Positions 1 through 14,100 of a stretch of DNA of 64,000 nt are shown piece after piece. Below the pieces are notes generated by a model, which was not told the DNA's origin, did no database searches, and worked only from the letters and a program-made list of their open reading frames with translations. Position numbers and translations under genes: made by a program. The stretch is from positions 403,682,001-403,746,000 of the forward strand of contig OZ024740.1 in the NCBI GenBank assembly GCA_964016885.1. Direction: 5' to 3'. The number at the start of each line of letters is the position of its first letter. The first letter of the stretch is position 1. This DNA comes from Eledone cirrhosa (taxonomy: Eukaryota).

Positions 1-900
1 GATGACTTTGTTTACCTTAGCTGTTGTTTCTTTTAACTTTTTCCTGTCTACAAATCTTAGGTTCATAGGTCTCCCACTATCATTGTTCAATTCATCTACT
101 ACTAAATTTAGGATGTCAACCGAATCTTGTCCTAGCCCGTCAGCATTCAACTCCTCAGTGGCCGTATCTCTGTTCCAGGTATTATTTATCTCAGTACTCA
201 GATCATTGTCTGCTTCGGGTGGTTCCTCCGTTCTCAGGACCTCCTCACCTTCATTTCCCACCGGCTCGCTTGTCTGGCATACTACACCCGCCATCTCCAA
301 GCCATTCTCTCTGCTCAGTTCCTCCAGTTCCAGCTCGCTTATCCACCCATTAGTTCTTATTACCCGAGCCTGCCCGGCCAATTTTTGTTCATCTAATTTA
401 AATAAACCAATCTCGTTCCAGATGTTATGCATCCGTCTCCTGTAGCCCCTCTCCTTGGGGTTACTTTTCAGGTAGCATTGCATAACAGTTCTATTCAATT
501 CTTTCGTCCAGTTGGTTCTGGCCCCTTTCCTTCTTCTCCTTCCTCCAACATCAGCAGTATTTGGTTGACAGTCAGGTTCCTGCTGCTGAGCCAGGGGGCA
601 CCTGTTGGGTGAGAGTCTGTCACATGACGTTCTAGTCTCCATTTCACCGTTATTCGAACTGTTTATGTTCGATATTTAAACACTCTTATCGAGGATTGGC
701 GAATGTATGTTTACATAGCCATCTGTGGATCCGCCATCCCACTTGGCCCTTGTGTGGCATTATCACCACGCTGTATACGAACACACATAAACAAACAAAC
801 ACACAGGCAGAAAGGCCCCCAAAAATGAATAAGCATAAGTTTCATTGTAATGTAGTGTTCGAATGTCTGACTTAGTTTTAGTTTTTTAAGTTTTACTTTT
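1..900 (-). mobile_element. 5' part of an R4/Dong-type (RLE) non-LTR retrotransposon, running off the window start
   Basis: Reverse complement aligns by eye to 27790-28680 (shared AACTAAGTCAGACATTC, CATACATTC.CCAATCCTCGAT and the coding stretch WNEIGLFKLDEQKLAGQARVIRTNGW). Confidence 0.8.
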
Positions 901-999
901 TCCCCCCTCTTCTCTGTCCGTCCGCCTGCTTCTCTCTTCATTCTTATTTTCTTTACGTTTTTGGGGTTTCTTTTTTTTTTGTTTTTGTTTTTCTCTGTT

Positions 1000-2032
<1,033 letters not shown>

Positions 2033-2184
2033 CATATATATATAGGGACTGAAACATCAAGTTAAAACAGAGGTCAGATGAGCTTTTTGTTCCAGAGCCG
2101 AGCCCGATCGATGGAGACGGACCTTGAGTCGATCAATCGTGAAACGCGCGTCACACTTGAATAAACTTAATGAACATTTGACAC

Positions 2185-2365
2185 CAGTATCGGTAGACGG
2201 CTGGACGTCATGCTTTCTAGCATAGTTACGTCCCTTTACGGTCTGAGTTCAAATCCTGTCGGGGTTAACTTTGCCTTTCATCCTTATGGGGTCGATAAAA
2301 TAAAGTACCAGTAATGTACTGGGTAATTGCTGGCCTTGTGCCAAAAGTAGAAACAATTATTAATT
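2185..2365 (+). mobile_element. tRNA-derived SINE (Meta-domain-like)
   Basis: B-box GAGTTCAAATCC, then GCCTTTCATCCTTATGGGGTCGATAAAATAAAGTACC, recurring about 10 times in the window. Confidence 0.8.
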
Positions 2366-2369
2366 ATAT

Positions 2370-2437
<68 letters not shown>

Positions 2438-2801
2438 TGTTATACTTGGGGAGGGTCATATTTGTGTAATAATATTGCCAGAATTAATAACGGAACACAC
2501 TCTCTGTTTGGTTGGTTTTCGCTTGTGTCTTTTATATCGGTTAATTTAATTTATTCGGTCCTCAATGTTACCATTGACTGACCAACGGTCAAACATACAG
2601 ATACAATATAGACACAAACACATATATATAGTCTAACAAAGTTCTTTCGTTGCACATCTGCAACATCGTCAGTGGTGCTATTATGTTTCCTCCCTTTGCA
2701 TTATATGCCTACGCCATCTTTATTTATTAATCTGTCATTAATTCCGTTATTAATTCTGGCAATATTATTACACAAATATGACCCTCCCCAAGTATAACAA
2801 T
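2438..2801 (-). mobile_element. Mini PLE-like element (family C) with ~60-bp inverted termini and an internal hammerhead-like motif
   Basis: TTGTTATACTTGGGGAGGGTCATATTTG...AATAACGGAA at 2438-2495 is inverted at 2741-2800; related termini at about 39211 and 63006. Confidence 0.6.
2635..2676 (-). ncRNA. Minimal type I hammerhead-like motif with weak stem I
   Basis: Minus strand CTGACGA-TGTTGCA GATG TGCAAC-GAAA-GAAC-TT; stem I pairs poorly. Confidence 0.5.
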
Positions 2802-3364
2802 ATTTGTTTCGACACACGATTTCATATCAAAAACCTCGCAAAACTATATATATATATATATATATATACATACATATATGAGAGAGAGAGAGGGGCATGT
2901 ATATATATGCAAGAAGAAGTGGAAGAAGAAATGAAGAAGTGATGAGGAGGGTGAGGAGGAGGAGGAGAAGGAGGAGGGGGAAGAGGATGTTGATGATGAT
3001 GATGATGATAATTAAGAAGGGGGAAAAGAGTGGTGCTATGGTGGTCAGTATTTTGGATGAAGAATGTGGTAAGGTAAAAGGAAAGGGCGGCCTTTGAAGT
3101 TTAGTAGTAATGTGGGAATTGTTGTGGGGTAAATATAAAGATAGCTGGTTGATGTCCAGCTGAAATAAGTTATCCAATACATTAGTAGTGAAGGTAAAAA
3201 TAACTAAAACAAGACTATAAATACGAATTTGTCAGAGAGCAGATTCTTTGTTTATATAAGTTATTGATGAGGTAGGGCCAGAATATAGGGAAAGATGATG
3301 GATTCATTACTCGATTTCCCACTTAATGGACAAATAGCATATACACACATGTACACCAGGTCGT

Positions 3365-3510
3365 GAAGGCGCATGGCTTAGTGGTTAGAGCATTGGGCTT
3401 GCAATCGAAAGGTTGTGAGCTCAATTCTCGGACCGGGTGATGTGTTGTTTCCTTGAGCAAGACACTTTATTTCACGTTGCTCCAGTTTATTCAGCTGTAG
3501 AAATGAGATG
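3365..3510 (+). mobile_element. tRNA-derived CORE-type SINE
   Basis: A-box TGGCTTAGTGG, degenerate B-box, CORE-like CCTTGAGCAAGACACTTTATTTC. Confidence 0.65.
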
Positions 3511-3984
3511 ATAGGACTGGGGTCCCTATCATTAAATCACCCAAGACACCTGCAACGAGATATACTTTGGAGGATGCCAGCTAAACCTGCATAGGTGTGA
3601 GCTGTAACAACAATAACAATACCAAGTCCGAACACAGAGGAACCAATCTCCCACTGTCATCGCCTCCGTCTCTCCCACCCTCCCCATCTATCACTATTAT
3701 GCGCAAATGGGGTCCCACGCACTGGCCGCCCCACGACCCCGACGGACAGAATATAGAAGGCGTTTCCCGGAGGATGGTGAGGAAGATGCACAGGAAGAGC
3801 ATTTTCAGCTCGCGAGGTTCACACCTGTGGCTATCAGCTCTGATTCTATGGTAGTGAATAAGGAGGTGGCCCTAGGGCCAAGGGCACCAGAAGTCTCCAT
3901 TGCTAGAGGCTCGACTGCAAACCTATCTATCAACCTATCTATCTATTTATCTACCTCGAGTGCCTTCGGACGCTCACAGCCCTC

Positions 3985-4441
3985 TAACAAGCGTAAAGAC
4001 ATTCTATAGGGGATTAGTGGAGCATAAGTGCGACGACGCTCTCGGAGAGATTCGAAGAGGACGAACTGGCCAGTCTGTTCGGGAGGACTTTGGTTAACTT
4101 CCAGAGGTATCTGGCTATGGCTAACTTCCAGAGGTATCTGGCCTGGCAGTGCTACCGAGGAGCTCTACAAGTTCGAGACAAAATCTAGAGGCACGGACGC
4201 CCTGGCAGAGATCCTGCCAAAATGACCTGTCCAAGATGCGAGCAGGACATTGAAACCGCCCTGCACGCAATTGTTCAATGCCCTGGAGTGACCGACCTGT
4301 GGCAGTATGTCGAACAGCTACTGTCACGCGTGGGTACGCATCCAGTTGTCAGCCGAGTCCATTGTGAGGATCACTCTGCCGCCTTCATTTAAGAATGAAG
4401 GAGAGGTGGTTTTCCTTTGCCTGGCGGCTATGGCGAAAGAG
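3985..4441 (+). mobile_element. Tx1/L1-clade ORF2 3' fragment, degenerate
   Basis: TFYRGLVEHKCDDALG and the CPRC...ETALHAIVQC zinc-knuckle region match the C-terminus of the 11439-14453 ORF. Confidence 0.75.
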
Positions 4442-4442
4442 G

Positions 4443-6143
4443 TAACATTTGTAGACAATATTACTGGAGAGGCATTTCCCGGATAGAGGGCAGTCTTCCC
4501 GATACCTAAAATTACAGTTTTTACTATCTACAGAGTTGCTCGTGTTACTACGGCTAAGTAATTTATCTAAATTTGATGCAGTGATGTCGTGTGCAAAGTT
4601 AGGAGTCGTAGAGTAAGATATTTTAATGGTATTTCTATTAAAATGTTATTATATTTATGTGCTGAGGGGAAATGCTTCTTAACTAGGGAGAGAAAGATGT
4701 TAGCTAATGGTGTGGCCGCCTCCATATTATATGGTGGGTTATACCATACAATGCGTCGGGATCTATTTTTCCTAGGTTTATGCTCATACTTAGTATATGC
4801 TACCTTATCGACAAATCCACTCCGAGCATTGTAGATAGACGAGAAAGCCGCAATGGAACGTTTCTTACCAGGTTCTTGGTTATGCTGGTAGGATGGTTAG
4901 AATGCTTACTGATGTAATTAAGCGTATCATTCGGCTTTCTTTGCGGGTAGTGCAAGCCATTCGACAAATTGAGGGTAACATTGAGATAGTTTACGACAGA
5001 AAGGTTGGCCTCAACTTGTATGGAGAGGTTGAAGTCTTTAAAGAAAGTTGTGAGTTCTTTTCTAAACCTGTTGCAAGCGCGGGGACCGCACTTGGTCATG
5101 GTCAAAAGATCGTCATTGCGGTACAGGCCTCCACCTTCATTAGGGAATTCTTCCTTGATACAGAAAAGAAGGATAAGATCCGATAAGATCAGTAACCTCC
5201 GCCGAATCGCTGGCGCCCATACTCACGTCGAATAGGGTACTATTAGATTTTTTATCCAAATAGAGTCGTCGAAATTAATCACCGACTTACGGGGATTTAG
5301 GATGACCTCAACTTCGAAATTCTTAATCACCGTGAGCGTTTTAGCGAAATTGATAGCTCTAAGAAGTGGTAAAGTGATGGAGGAGTAGTAGTTGTTGATG
5401 TCGAATTGGATAAAACGGCAATGTTCCTTGTTGCATATGCCATTGAACTAATCAATCGCCGCGAAAGAATTATTCTACAGTGCAAGAGGGGCCTAGCGCC
5501 TAATTTCAGGTATAATTCTATTTAAAATTCTTTTACTAAGTCTACCTAAATCAGACTTCGTAGGGTTAATTAGCCGAATAGAAGGGTTGTTAGCGAAATT
5601 GGGTTTGTGATCCTTCAGGGTAAAGTGGGGAAAATAGGGTCCAGATGTTCGGTCCGGTCCTGGATGTTGAGTTCTGAAGTGATTTTAAACCCAGCATCGT
5701 TGATGTCATTAATAACACTCCGATCAGTTTTCCGGTAATCCTTGGTCACAGCATTATGTAGCAGTTGATGGGATGTACTGCGCTCCACTTGATATAGATT
5801 ACCAGTTTTGTCATAGTGGACGTGCACGGCATTAGAATCCTTAATAGAACGAGTTCTATTCTTCAGGTCCTGTTGGAAGGAGTTGCTCCTGTTCCGAAAT
5901 TTGATAGTCCGTATGAGTTCCAGGACATCGTTTTAGAAAAGTAACAAAGCTGGATTACTCATTATAAGTGTTAAATCCTAATTTATCCTGTTTATTGTCC
6001 GCTTTATCCTGGTTAACAAAATAAAAGGTGCGCCAACTCAACCTTTTAAAGAAAGAATCTGTTTTTTTTTTTTTGTATGAGTAGCTTTAAATACTAGGCA
6101 CGGGTATGTTCTTTGTAGAAATATTCAGGTATTGTTTCTGCAT
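4443..6143 (-). pseudogene. Penelope-like reverse transcriptase ORF (family B), disrupted and 3'-truncated
   Basis: Minus-strand translation gives [67 protein letters not shown] and RKPNDTLNYISKHSNHP, with stops and frameshifts. Confidence 0.88.
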
Positions 6144-6297
6144 ATTGATTATAAATTAATAGAGTGCTCAACCGAGTGAGCCAAATAGTAATAATAATAA
6201 ATGTGAAGAGTAAAATCCAAAGAGGGCTCGATAAGGATAAATATATATCGAATATATAAGAACCATAGAGCAAATATTTATTAAAATAACAGATTAA

Positions 6298-6348
6298 AGT
6301 TTAATCAAAGAATAGTTGCTTTCACCTTTAACGGGATCTTCTGAGACT
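6298..6348 (-). ncRNA. Family B hammerhead (CAGAAGA core) in the pLTR about 150 nt upstream of the RT start codon
   Basis: AGTCT-CAGAAGA-TCCCGTTAAAGGT-GAAA-GCAAC...-AAACT; degenerate copy of the motif at 51501. Confidence 0.55.
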
Positions 6349-6465
6349 AAAAAAAATGTATCTGTGAACGCAGAAGTAAATATTTCGAAAAACCACTGCT
6401 TTCACCATTGACGGGGGAAAGCAGTGATTCTTTGCTTAAACTTTGATCTATTCTTATAATAAATA

Positions 6466-7123
<658 letters not shown>

Positions 7124-10100
7124 GATATGTTTCTTTTATTTGCCACCAGGGCATCAAAAGTGGGACAAGTACAATGGGGGGAGTTTACAAAACAAGGCGT
7201 CCTCAATAAGGAGGAGGCAATAACAATATATAAAAATAAAATATAACAAAAAATAAGATTTATAACAAAGTCCTCAATAGATAGGAGGCGCCTTGGGGGG
7301 TCGCACGCACCCCCCAAAAAAAGTGTGCAACCCCTTTCCTCGGGAGGACAGAGAAGGGGTGCTCCCTTGGTCTTTCATCTTCCTCACCTATAGTCTGATG
7401 TAGAGTGAAGGCCCATTCACACGGGCCATTCTCGCCACTTTCACCCATCTTTCATAAAAACGGCTGGGGTGCAGCACCTCTCTCTCCATCCTGATCCTTC
7501 TTCCGAAATGATATCGGAAGAAACGGACCAGTTGTTGGCCAGAGAGAAAGGTATCAATGCCCGAGCAGTGTACCAATGCGTGTGCAACGGTTTCCTCGTC
7601 GCACACGCATCTGGGACAGATCTTTTTCGAGGGGTCCCTACCCGGGCGCCCGTGTCTGTAGAGCTTTTCTCGAACGGGCAGAGCCCTTCTGTAGCATTGC
7701 CAGGTCAGGGACCTCTGGAAGTTATCCATGGGTCCCGGGATGAATGTCTTACCGAACAGGTTGGCCAGTTCGTCTTCCTCCATGCCTAGGGCTTCTCTGA
7801 GGGCGTCGTCGCACCTGCTAACCACCAGCCCTCTATAGAATGACGAGGTGGATTCTCCACTGACAGCCGGGTCCGCCTGCCAGAGAGCCGTGAGCGCCTG
7901 GGCACATTCGGTGTGCCAGGCGCCCAGTTTTCTCGGTCTTTGCTTGACCCAGGATTGCAGCTCGGTGAGTGAGAGGAGTCTGGGAAAGGCTCGCCTCACA
8001 AACGGGGCCCACACCGGTTGACCGGAGAGGAATACCTGAAGGTGCCGTAGCCTTAATGCGTGTTTACGTATCATTAGCCACGGCATCCCCAGCCCTCCTT
8101 TCGAAGGGTGTTGACAGCAGATGGATCTCCTACCATAGGAGCCCGCTTCTTCCAAAGGAATTGGAAGAGTGCGCGCTCCATTTTGGCGAGCGTTTCCCTT
8201 GGGCAAGGCACAACGGTCAGGCGGTAGTAGATGACGGACGCTATATAAGTGTTCGCCACCTCCGCCCGACCTTTCCGGGACAGTTTGCACTCGGCCCACT
8301 TCTGGGTCAGTGCAAACACCCTGTTCGTTACCTCACCCCAGTTCTTCTCCACCTGGAGGTCTGGTCCGAACCAGACCCCGAGCAACTTCACCGGGCCCTC
8401 CGTCCAGCGCCCGACGACGCCATCGGAGGGCATCGATCTGCCCCTCCATGTGCCGAGTTAGAGACCGATCGACTTGTCCCGGTTCAGCTTAGCCCCTGTA
8501 AACCTTCGTACTCCTCCAGTAATTTGCCGATCGCCCCGATTTCCGAGGCCGTCGACACCATTACTGTTACATCATCGGCGTAGGCTGACACCGCTTTCCG
8601 CAATCCCGGTTCCAACGGGATGCCCTGCAACAACTCCAACTTCCGCAGCAGTGGATCTAGAGTCACTACATACAGAAGGGAGGAGAGAGGGCACCACTGT
8701 CGGATGGACCGCGCGATTTCGAACGGCTCCGAGAGGTAGCCGTTCACCTTGACCCTAGAGCAGATACGGCTGCTGTGCATGGCATTGATCCAGCCCCTGG
8801 AAACGGGTCCGAAGCCTGCCGCCGCTAGCACCGCATCCAGGTAACCATGGTCGACCCTATCGAATGCCTTAGATTGATCCAAGTTGATCAGGGCCACACC
8901 AAAGCCGGGTTCGTTCCCAACCCTCTCTATGATGTATCGCATGAGGTGGAGGTTGTCGTGGATGGACCTGGACGGGATAGCACATGTCTGCGCATCTCCC
9001 ACCAGGTTGCCCACGACAAGCGCCAACCTCTTTGCTAGCACCTTGGCCAAAATCTGTAACTCTGTATTTAGCAGAGTTATGGGCCTGAAATTATTTATAT
9101 CGTACCCCTTGTTCTCGTCCTTCCTCACTAGCGTGACTACGCCCTTGGCTACAGCACAGGGAATTCTCCCGTTCTGTTGCCAGTTGTAGTAGACCGCCTC
9201 GAGGAGATCGGGGAACAAGTCCGGCATAGCTAGATATAGTTCGTATGGAAGACCATCGAGACCCGGGGATTTGCGTTTGCCGCATTGGCTCAGCACGTCC
9301 TCTATCTCAGCGGCTGAAATCGGCCCCTCGCAGGACTTCGCCTTCCTGTCCGAGAGACGCGGCAGGCCGTCGAGGTATGGACCGAAGTCTACATCCCCAA
9401 CCGGCTCCCCGCCCCTTCCGAACAATCGGGCAAAGTGCTTTTGAAAAGCCTCGCACATCTGCTTAGGTTCAAGGATCACCCGTCCATCCTGGTCTCGCAA
9501 AGACCGGATAGTGGATCTGCTCCCTCTTTTGGCTTCTGTCACGCGGGCCCAGCTAACAGCTTTGGTCCCCTCGTTTCCCAGAGCACGTATTTTGCTTCGG
9601 ACGATGCAGCCTTCGTGTTTCGCGTCGAAGAACTGGCCCAGGGCCGTTCTCAACGCTACCACTCTGGCCACGTCACCGTTCCTAATTGCCTCTTCTACAC
9701 TATCTACCAACTCCCTTTCATTCCTATTTCTATTTGAGGCTAACTCCTTACTAAATTCTATAGAGACTACTCTAATCTCTCTTTTGAGAGATCCCACCAC
9801 CTGCTGTTGACGATGGCGCCCGTCAACCGCTCTTTAACTAAAGTGTTAATCCGGTCCCTGTAAGCCTTACTTGCCGGTAAGGACAAGTTGAGCTTCCAGT
9901 AACCGGGTCCTTGTCTATGAGTTCTGTCAAGGTTGACCATGCAGGTCACTAATTTGTGGTCTGAATAGCCAACCATGCGCATTTTTGGACAACTTAAAAA
10001 GTCATTATACTTAATTCTAACTAAGAACCTATCTAGGTACGACCTAGATGATCCGCTACGATTTGCCCAAGTCCAGGTTGGCGCAGTCGGAAAATCTAGT

Positions 10101-11165
10101 CGATATCTATCGGCCAGGTCAAATCGACCGATTAACCCTTTGAGGCTATTATACCCCTCTCTATCGGGACAGGCCCCTACGTAGTCCCAGCGTGCATCTA
10201 GGATACCATTCTAGTCCCCACTAATAGCAAGGAGCGGGACGTCCCTAGAAAAGTCTCCAGACGATGGAAGAAGTCCGGCCGCATTGACCCGAAAGGGCCG
10301 TAGGCGGCTACCAACCTAAACGCTCCGCCTTTACCACTGCCAAGGTCCAGAACCACTAGTTGACCCTCCGGGTCCAAATGTACTGTCTGTGTTGCGAGAC
10401 CCAGATGTTTTTGCAGAAGAACGACAACCCCACCCCCACCTCCGGGCTGACAGAGAGATGCGTGCATCTCAAAGTCATCAAAGGTGGGGGCCAGCTGTCG
10501 CACGTTGCTGATCCGGGCCTCGCAAATAACCATCACATCTATGCGTTGTGACCTGAGGTCATTTAGAAGCATTGCTTGCTTCCAAGTTGAGCCCAGGCCA
10601 CGCGCATTTAAACAGCCTACTCTTAGCATAGCCATTTTTGTGGTGAAGAGAAAAGGCACTTACCTCTCTGCATCCCGGGTATCGGGCTGCACAATTTCCA
10701 TTAGGGTGGGGGATGGGTTGTTGGGTGGGGTGGTGGTTTGTGGAAGTGTAGGGGTATCAGTGTGTTGTGTGGTTGGGGAGTTTGGAATTGTGTGGGTATT
10801 TGGGGAGGGGGTGGGTAGTTTTTTAGGAGGACGCGGTTAATGGGCCCGACGCAGGGGGGACCCACGTCCTCTTTAAAGTTGTTTTTTAAAGTTTTATAGG
10901 TGTCCTGTGGGGCCTTAATCATTTTGAGGTGGGGGAAATCCCCTGCCTGGGTGAAGTTAGGCCCTTGGGTTTTTATTAGATTGTTGTTGTACACAATGTT
11001 TAACAGTTTTTTGTTTCTTGTGTTTATGTATGTGTATGCATGTTTTTGTTTTTGTGTGGTGTTTTTTGTTTGCTGTTGTTGTGAACTCTTTTGTGTTGGT
11101 GTCAGTGTTATGTTTTGGGGAGGGTTGTTTTCATTTGTGTGTCTGAGGTGTGTTTTCTTTTTTCT
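7124..11165 (-). mobile_element. Tx1/L1-clade LINE copy 1: ORF1 3' part, ORF2 (APE endonuclease, RT, Zn knuckle) and 3' UTR; frameshifted
   Basis: MLRVGCLNARGL APE start (ATG 10635), SDH, GPGYWKLN, RPITLLN, LDQSKAFDRVDH, YADD, CPRC...HALVHC; ~200-bp deletion near 7553; 3' AATAAA then (TA)n. Confidence 0.92.
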
Positions 11166-11167
11166 AT

Positions 11168-14100
11168 ATAGATATGTTTCTTTTATTTGCCACCAGGGCA
11201 TCAAAAGTGGGACAAGTACAAAGGGGGGAGTTTACACAAAAAGGCGTCCTCAATAAGGAGGAGGCAATAACAAAATATTAAAATAAAATAAAATATAACA
11301 AAAAATAAAATTTATAACAAAATCCTCAATAGAGAGGAGGCGCCTTGGGGGATCGCACACACCCCCGAAAAAAGTGTGCAACCCTTTTCCTCAGGAGCAC
11401 AGAGAGGGGGTGCTCCCTCGTTCCTTCCTCTTTTCCACCTACAGGCTTATGTAAAGAGAAGGCCCATTCACACGGGTCATTCTCGCCACTTTCACCCACC
11501 TTTCATAAAAACGACTGGGGTGGAGCACCTCTCTCTCCATCCTGATCCTTCTTCCGAAATGATATCGGAAGAAACGGACCAGTTGTTGGCCAGCGAGAAA
11601 GGTGCCTGACCTCAGTCCTTTCAGACGCGTCCACCATACAACCTCTTTCGCCATGGCTATTACGCACAGAAACACCGCCTCTGCTTCATCTTTGAAGGGG
11701 GGAGGCGGCTTGATCATTACAATAGACTCGGTGGTCAACCGGATCGGTCCCACCCTTGACGGCAGTTGTTCGACATAGCCCCACAGATCGGCTACGCCCG
11801 AGCAGTGTACCAATGCGTGTGCAACGGTTTCCTCGTCGCACACGCATCTGGGACAGATCTTTTTGGCGGGGTCCCTACCCGGGCGCCCGTGTCTGTAGAG
11901 CCTTTCTCGAACGGGTAAAGCCCCTCGGTAGCACTGCCAGGCCAGGGACTTCTGGAAGTTGTCCATAGGTCCCGGGCTGAATGTCCTACCGAACAGGCTG
12001 GCCAGTTCGTCTTCCTCCATGTCTAGGGCTTCTCCGAGGGTGTCGTCGCACCTGCTGCGTACCAGCCCTCTATAGAATGTTGCGGTGGAGTCTCCACTGA
12101 TAACCGGATCCGCCTGCCAGAGGGCGGTGAGCGCCCGGGCACACTCAGTGTGCCAGGCGCCCAGTTTTCTCGGTCTTTGCTTGACCCAGGATTGCAGCTC
12201 GGTGAGTGAGACGAGTCTGGGAAAGGTTCGTCTCACAAACGAGGCCCACACCGGTTGACCGGTGAGGAATACGTAGAGGTGCCGTAGCCTTAATGCGTGT
12301 TTACGCATCATTAGCCACGGCATCCCCAGCCCTCCTTTCGAAGGGTGTTGACAGCAGATGGATCTCCTCACCATAGGAGCCCGCCTCTTCCAAAGGAATT
12401 GGAAGAGTGCGCGCTCCATCTTGGTGAGGGTTTCCCTTCGGCAGGGCACTACGGTCAGGCGGTAGTAGATGACGGACGCTATGTAGGTGTTCGCCACCTC
12501 CGCCCGACCTTTCAGGGATAGTTTGCAACTGGCCCACTTCTGGGTCAGTGCAAACACCCTGTTCGTAACCTCCGCCCAGTTTTTCTCCACCGGGAGGCCC
12601 GGTCCGAACCAGACCCCGAGCAACTTCACCGGGCCCTCCGTCCAGCGTCCGACGACGCCATTGGAGGGCATCGGTCTGCCCCTCCACGTGCCGAGTTGCA
12701 AACCGATCGACTTGTCCCGGTTCAGCTTAGCCCCTGTGAACCTTTCGTACTCCTCCAGTAAGGTGCCAACCGCCTCGATTTCCGAGGCCGTCGACACCAT
12801 TACTGTCACATCATCGGCGTAGGCCGACACCGCTTTCCGCAATCCCGGTTCCAAAGGGATGCCCTGCAACAACTCCAACTTCCGCAGTAGTGGCTCGAGA
12901 GTCAACACATACAGAAGGGAGGAGAGAGGGCACCCTTGTCGGATGGACCGCGCGATTTTGAACGGCTCCGAGAAGTAGCCGTTCACCTTGACCCTAGAGC
13001 AGATGCGGCTGCTGTGCATAGCAGTGATCCAGCCCCTGAAAACGGGTCCGAAGCCTGCCGCCGCTAGCACCGCATCCAGGTAACCATGGTCGACCCTATC
13101 GAACGCCTTAGATTGATCCAAGTTGATCAGAGCCCCACCAAAGCCGGGTTCGTTCCCAACCCTCTCTATGATGTATCGCATGAGGTGGAGGTTGTAATGG
13201 ATGGACCTAGACGGGATAGCGCATGTCTGCGCATCTCCCACCAGGTTGCCCACGACAAGCGCCAACCTCTTTGCTAGCACCTTGGCCAAAATCTGTAACT
13301 CTGTATTTAGCAGAGTTATGGGCCTGAAGTTACTTATTTCGTCCCCCTTGTTCTCGTCCTTCCTCCCTAGCGTGACTACGCCCTTGGTCACAGTACAGGG
13401 AATTCTCCCGTTCTGTTGCCAGTTGCAGTAGACCGCCTCGAGGAGATCGGGGAACAAGTCCGGCATAACTAGATATAATTCGTAAGGAAAACCATCGAGA
13501 CCCGGGGATTTGCGTTTGCCGCATTGGCTCAGCACGTCCTCTATCTCAGCGGCCGAAATCGGCCCCTCGCAGGACTTCGCCTCCCTGTCCGAGAGGCGCG
13601 GCAGGCCGTCGAGGTATGGACCGAAGTCCACGTTCCCAACCGGCTCCCCGCCCCTCCCGAACAGTCGGGCAAAGTGCCTTTGAAAGGCCTCACACATCTG
13701 CTTAGGCTCAAGAATCGCCCGTCCATCCAGGTCTCGCAAAGACCGGATGGTGGATTTAGTTCCACTGTTGGCCTCTGTCACGCGGGCCCAGCTAACAGCT
13801 TTGGTCCCCTCGTTCCCTAGAGCACGTATTTTACTTCGGACAACGCAGCCTTCGTGCTTCGCGTCGAAAAACTGGCTCAAAGCCGTTCTCGACGCTAGCA
13901 CTCTGGCCACGTCGCCGCTTCTAATTGCCTCTTCTACTCTATCTATTAGCTCCCTTTTTTTCCTATTCCTATCCGCAGCTAGAACCTTACTAAATTCTAT
14001 CGAGACTACTCTAATCTCTCTCTTTAGAGATACCCACCACCTGCTGTTGACGATCGCTCCAGTCAACCGTTCCTTAACTAACGTACTAATCCGATCCCTG

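Noticed and set aside
680-780. Possible HDV-like ribozyme at the Dong-like 5' end (TCCAC, GGCTATG, GGCGAATG)
   Set aside because: Could not build the nested double pseudoknot by eye, and the second copy differs here
2185-2260. tRNA genes at the SINE heads
   Set aside because: Only A/B-box remnants followed by SINE bodies; no cloverleaf
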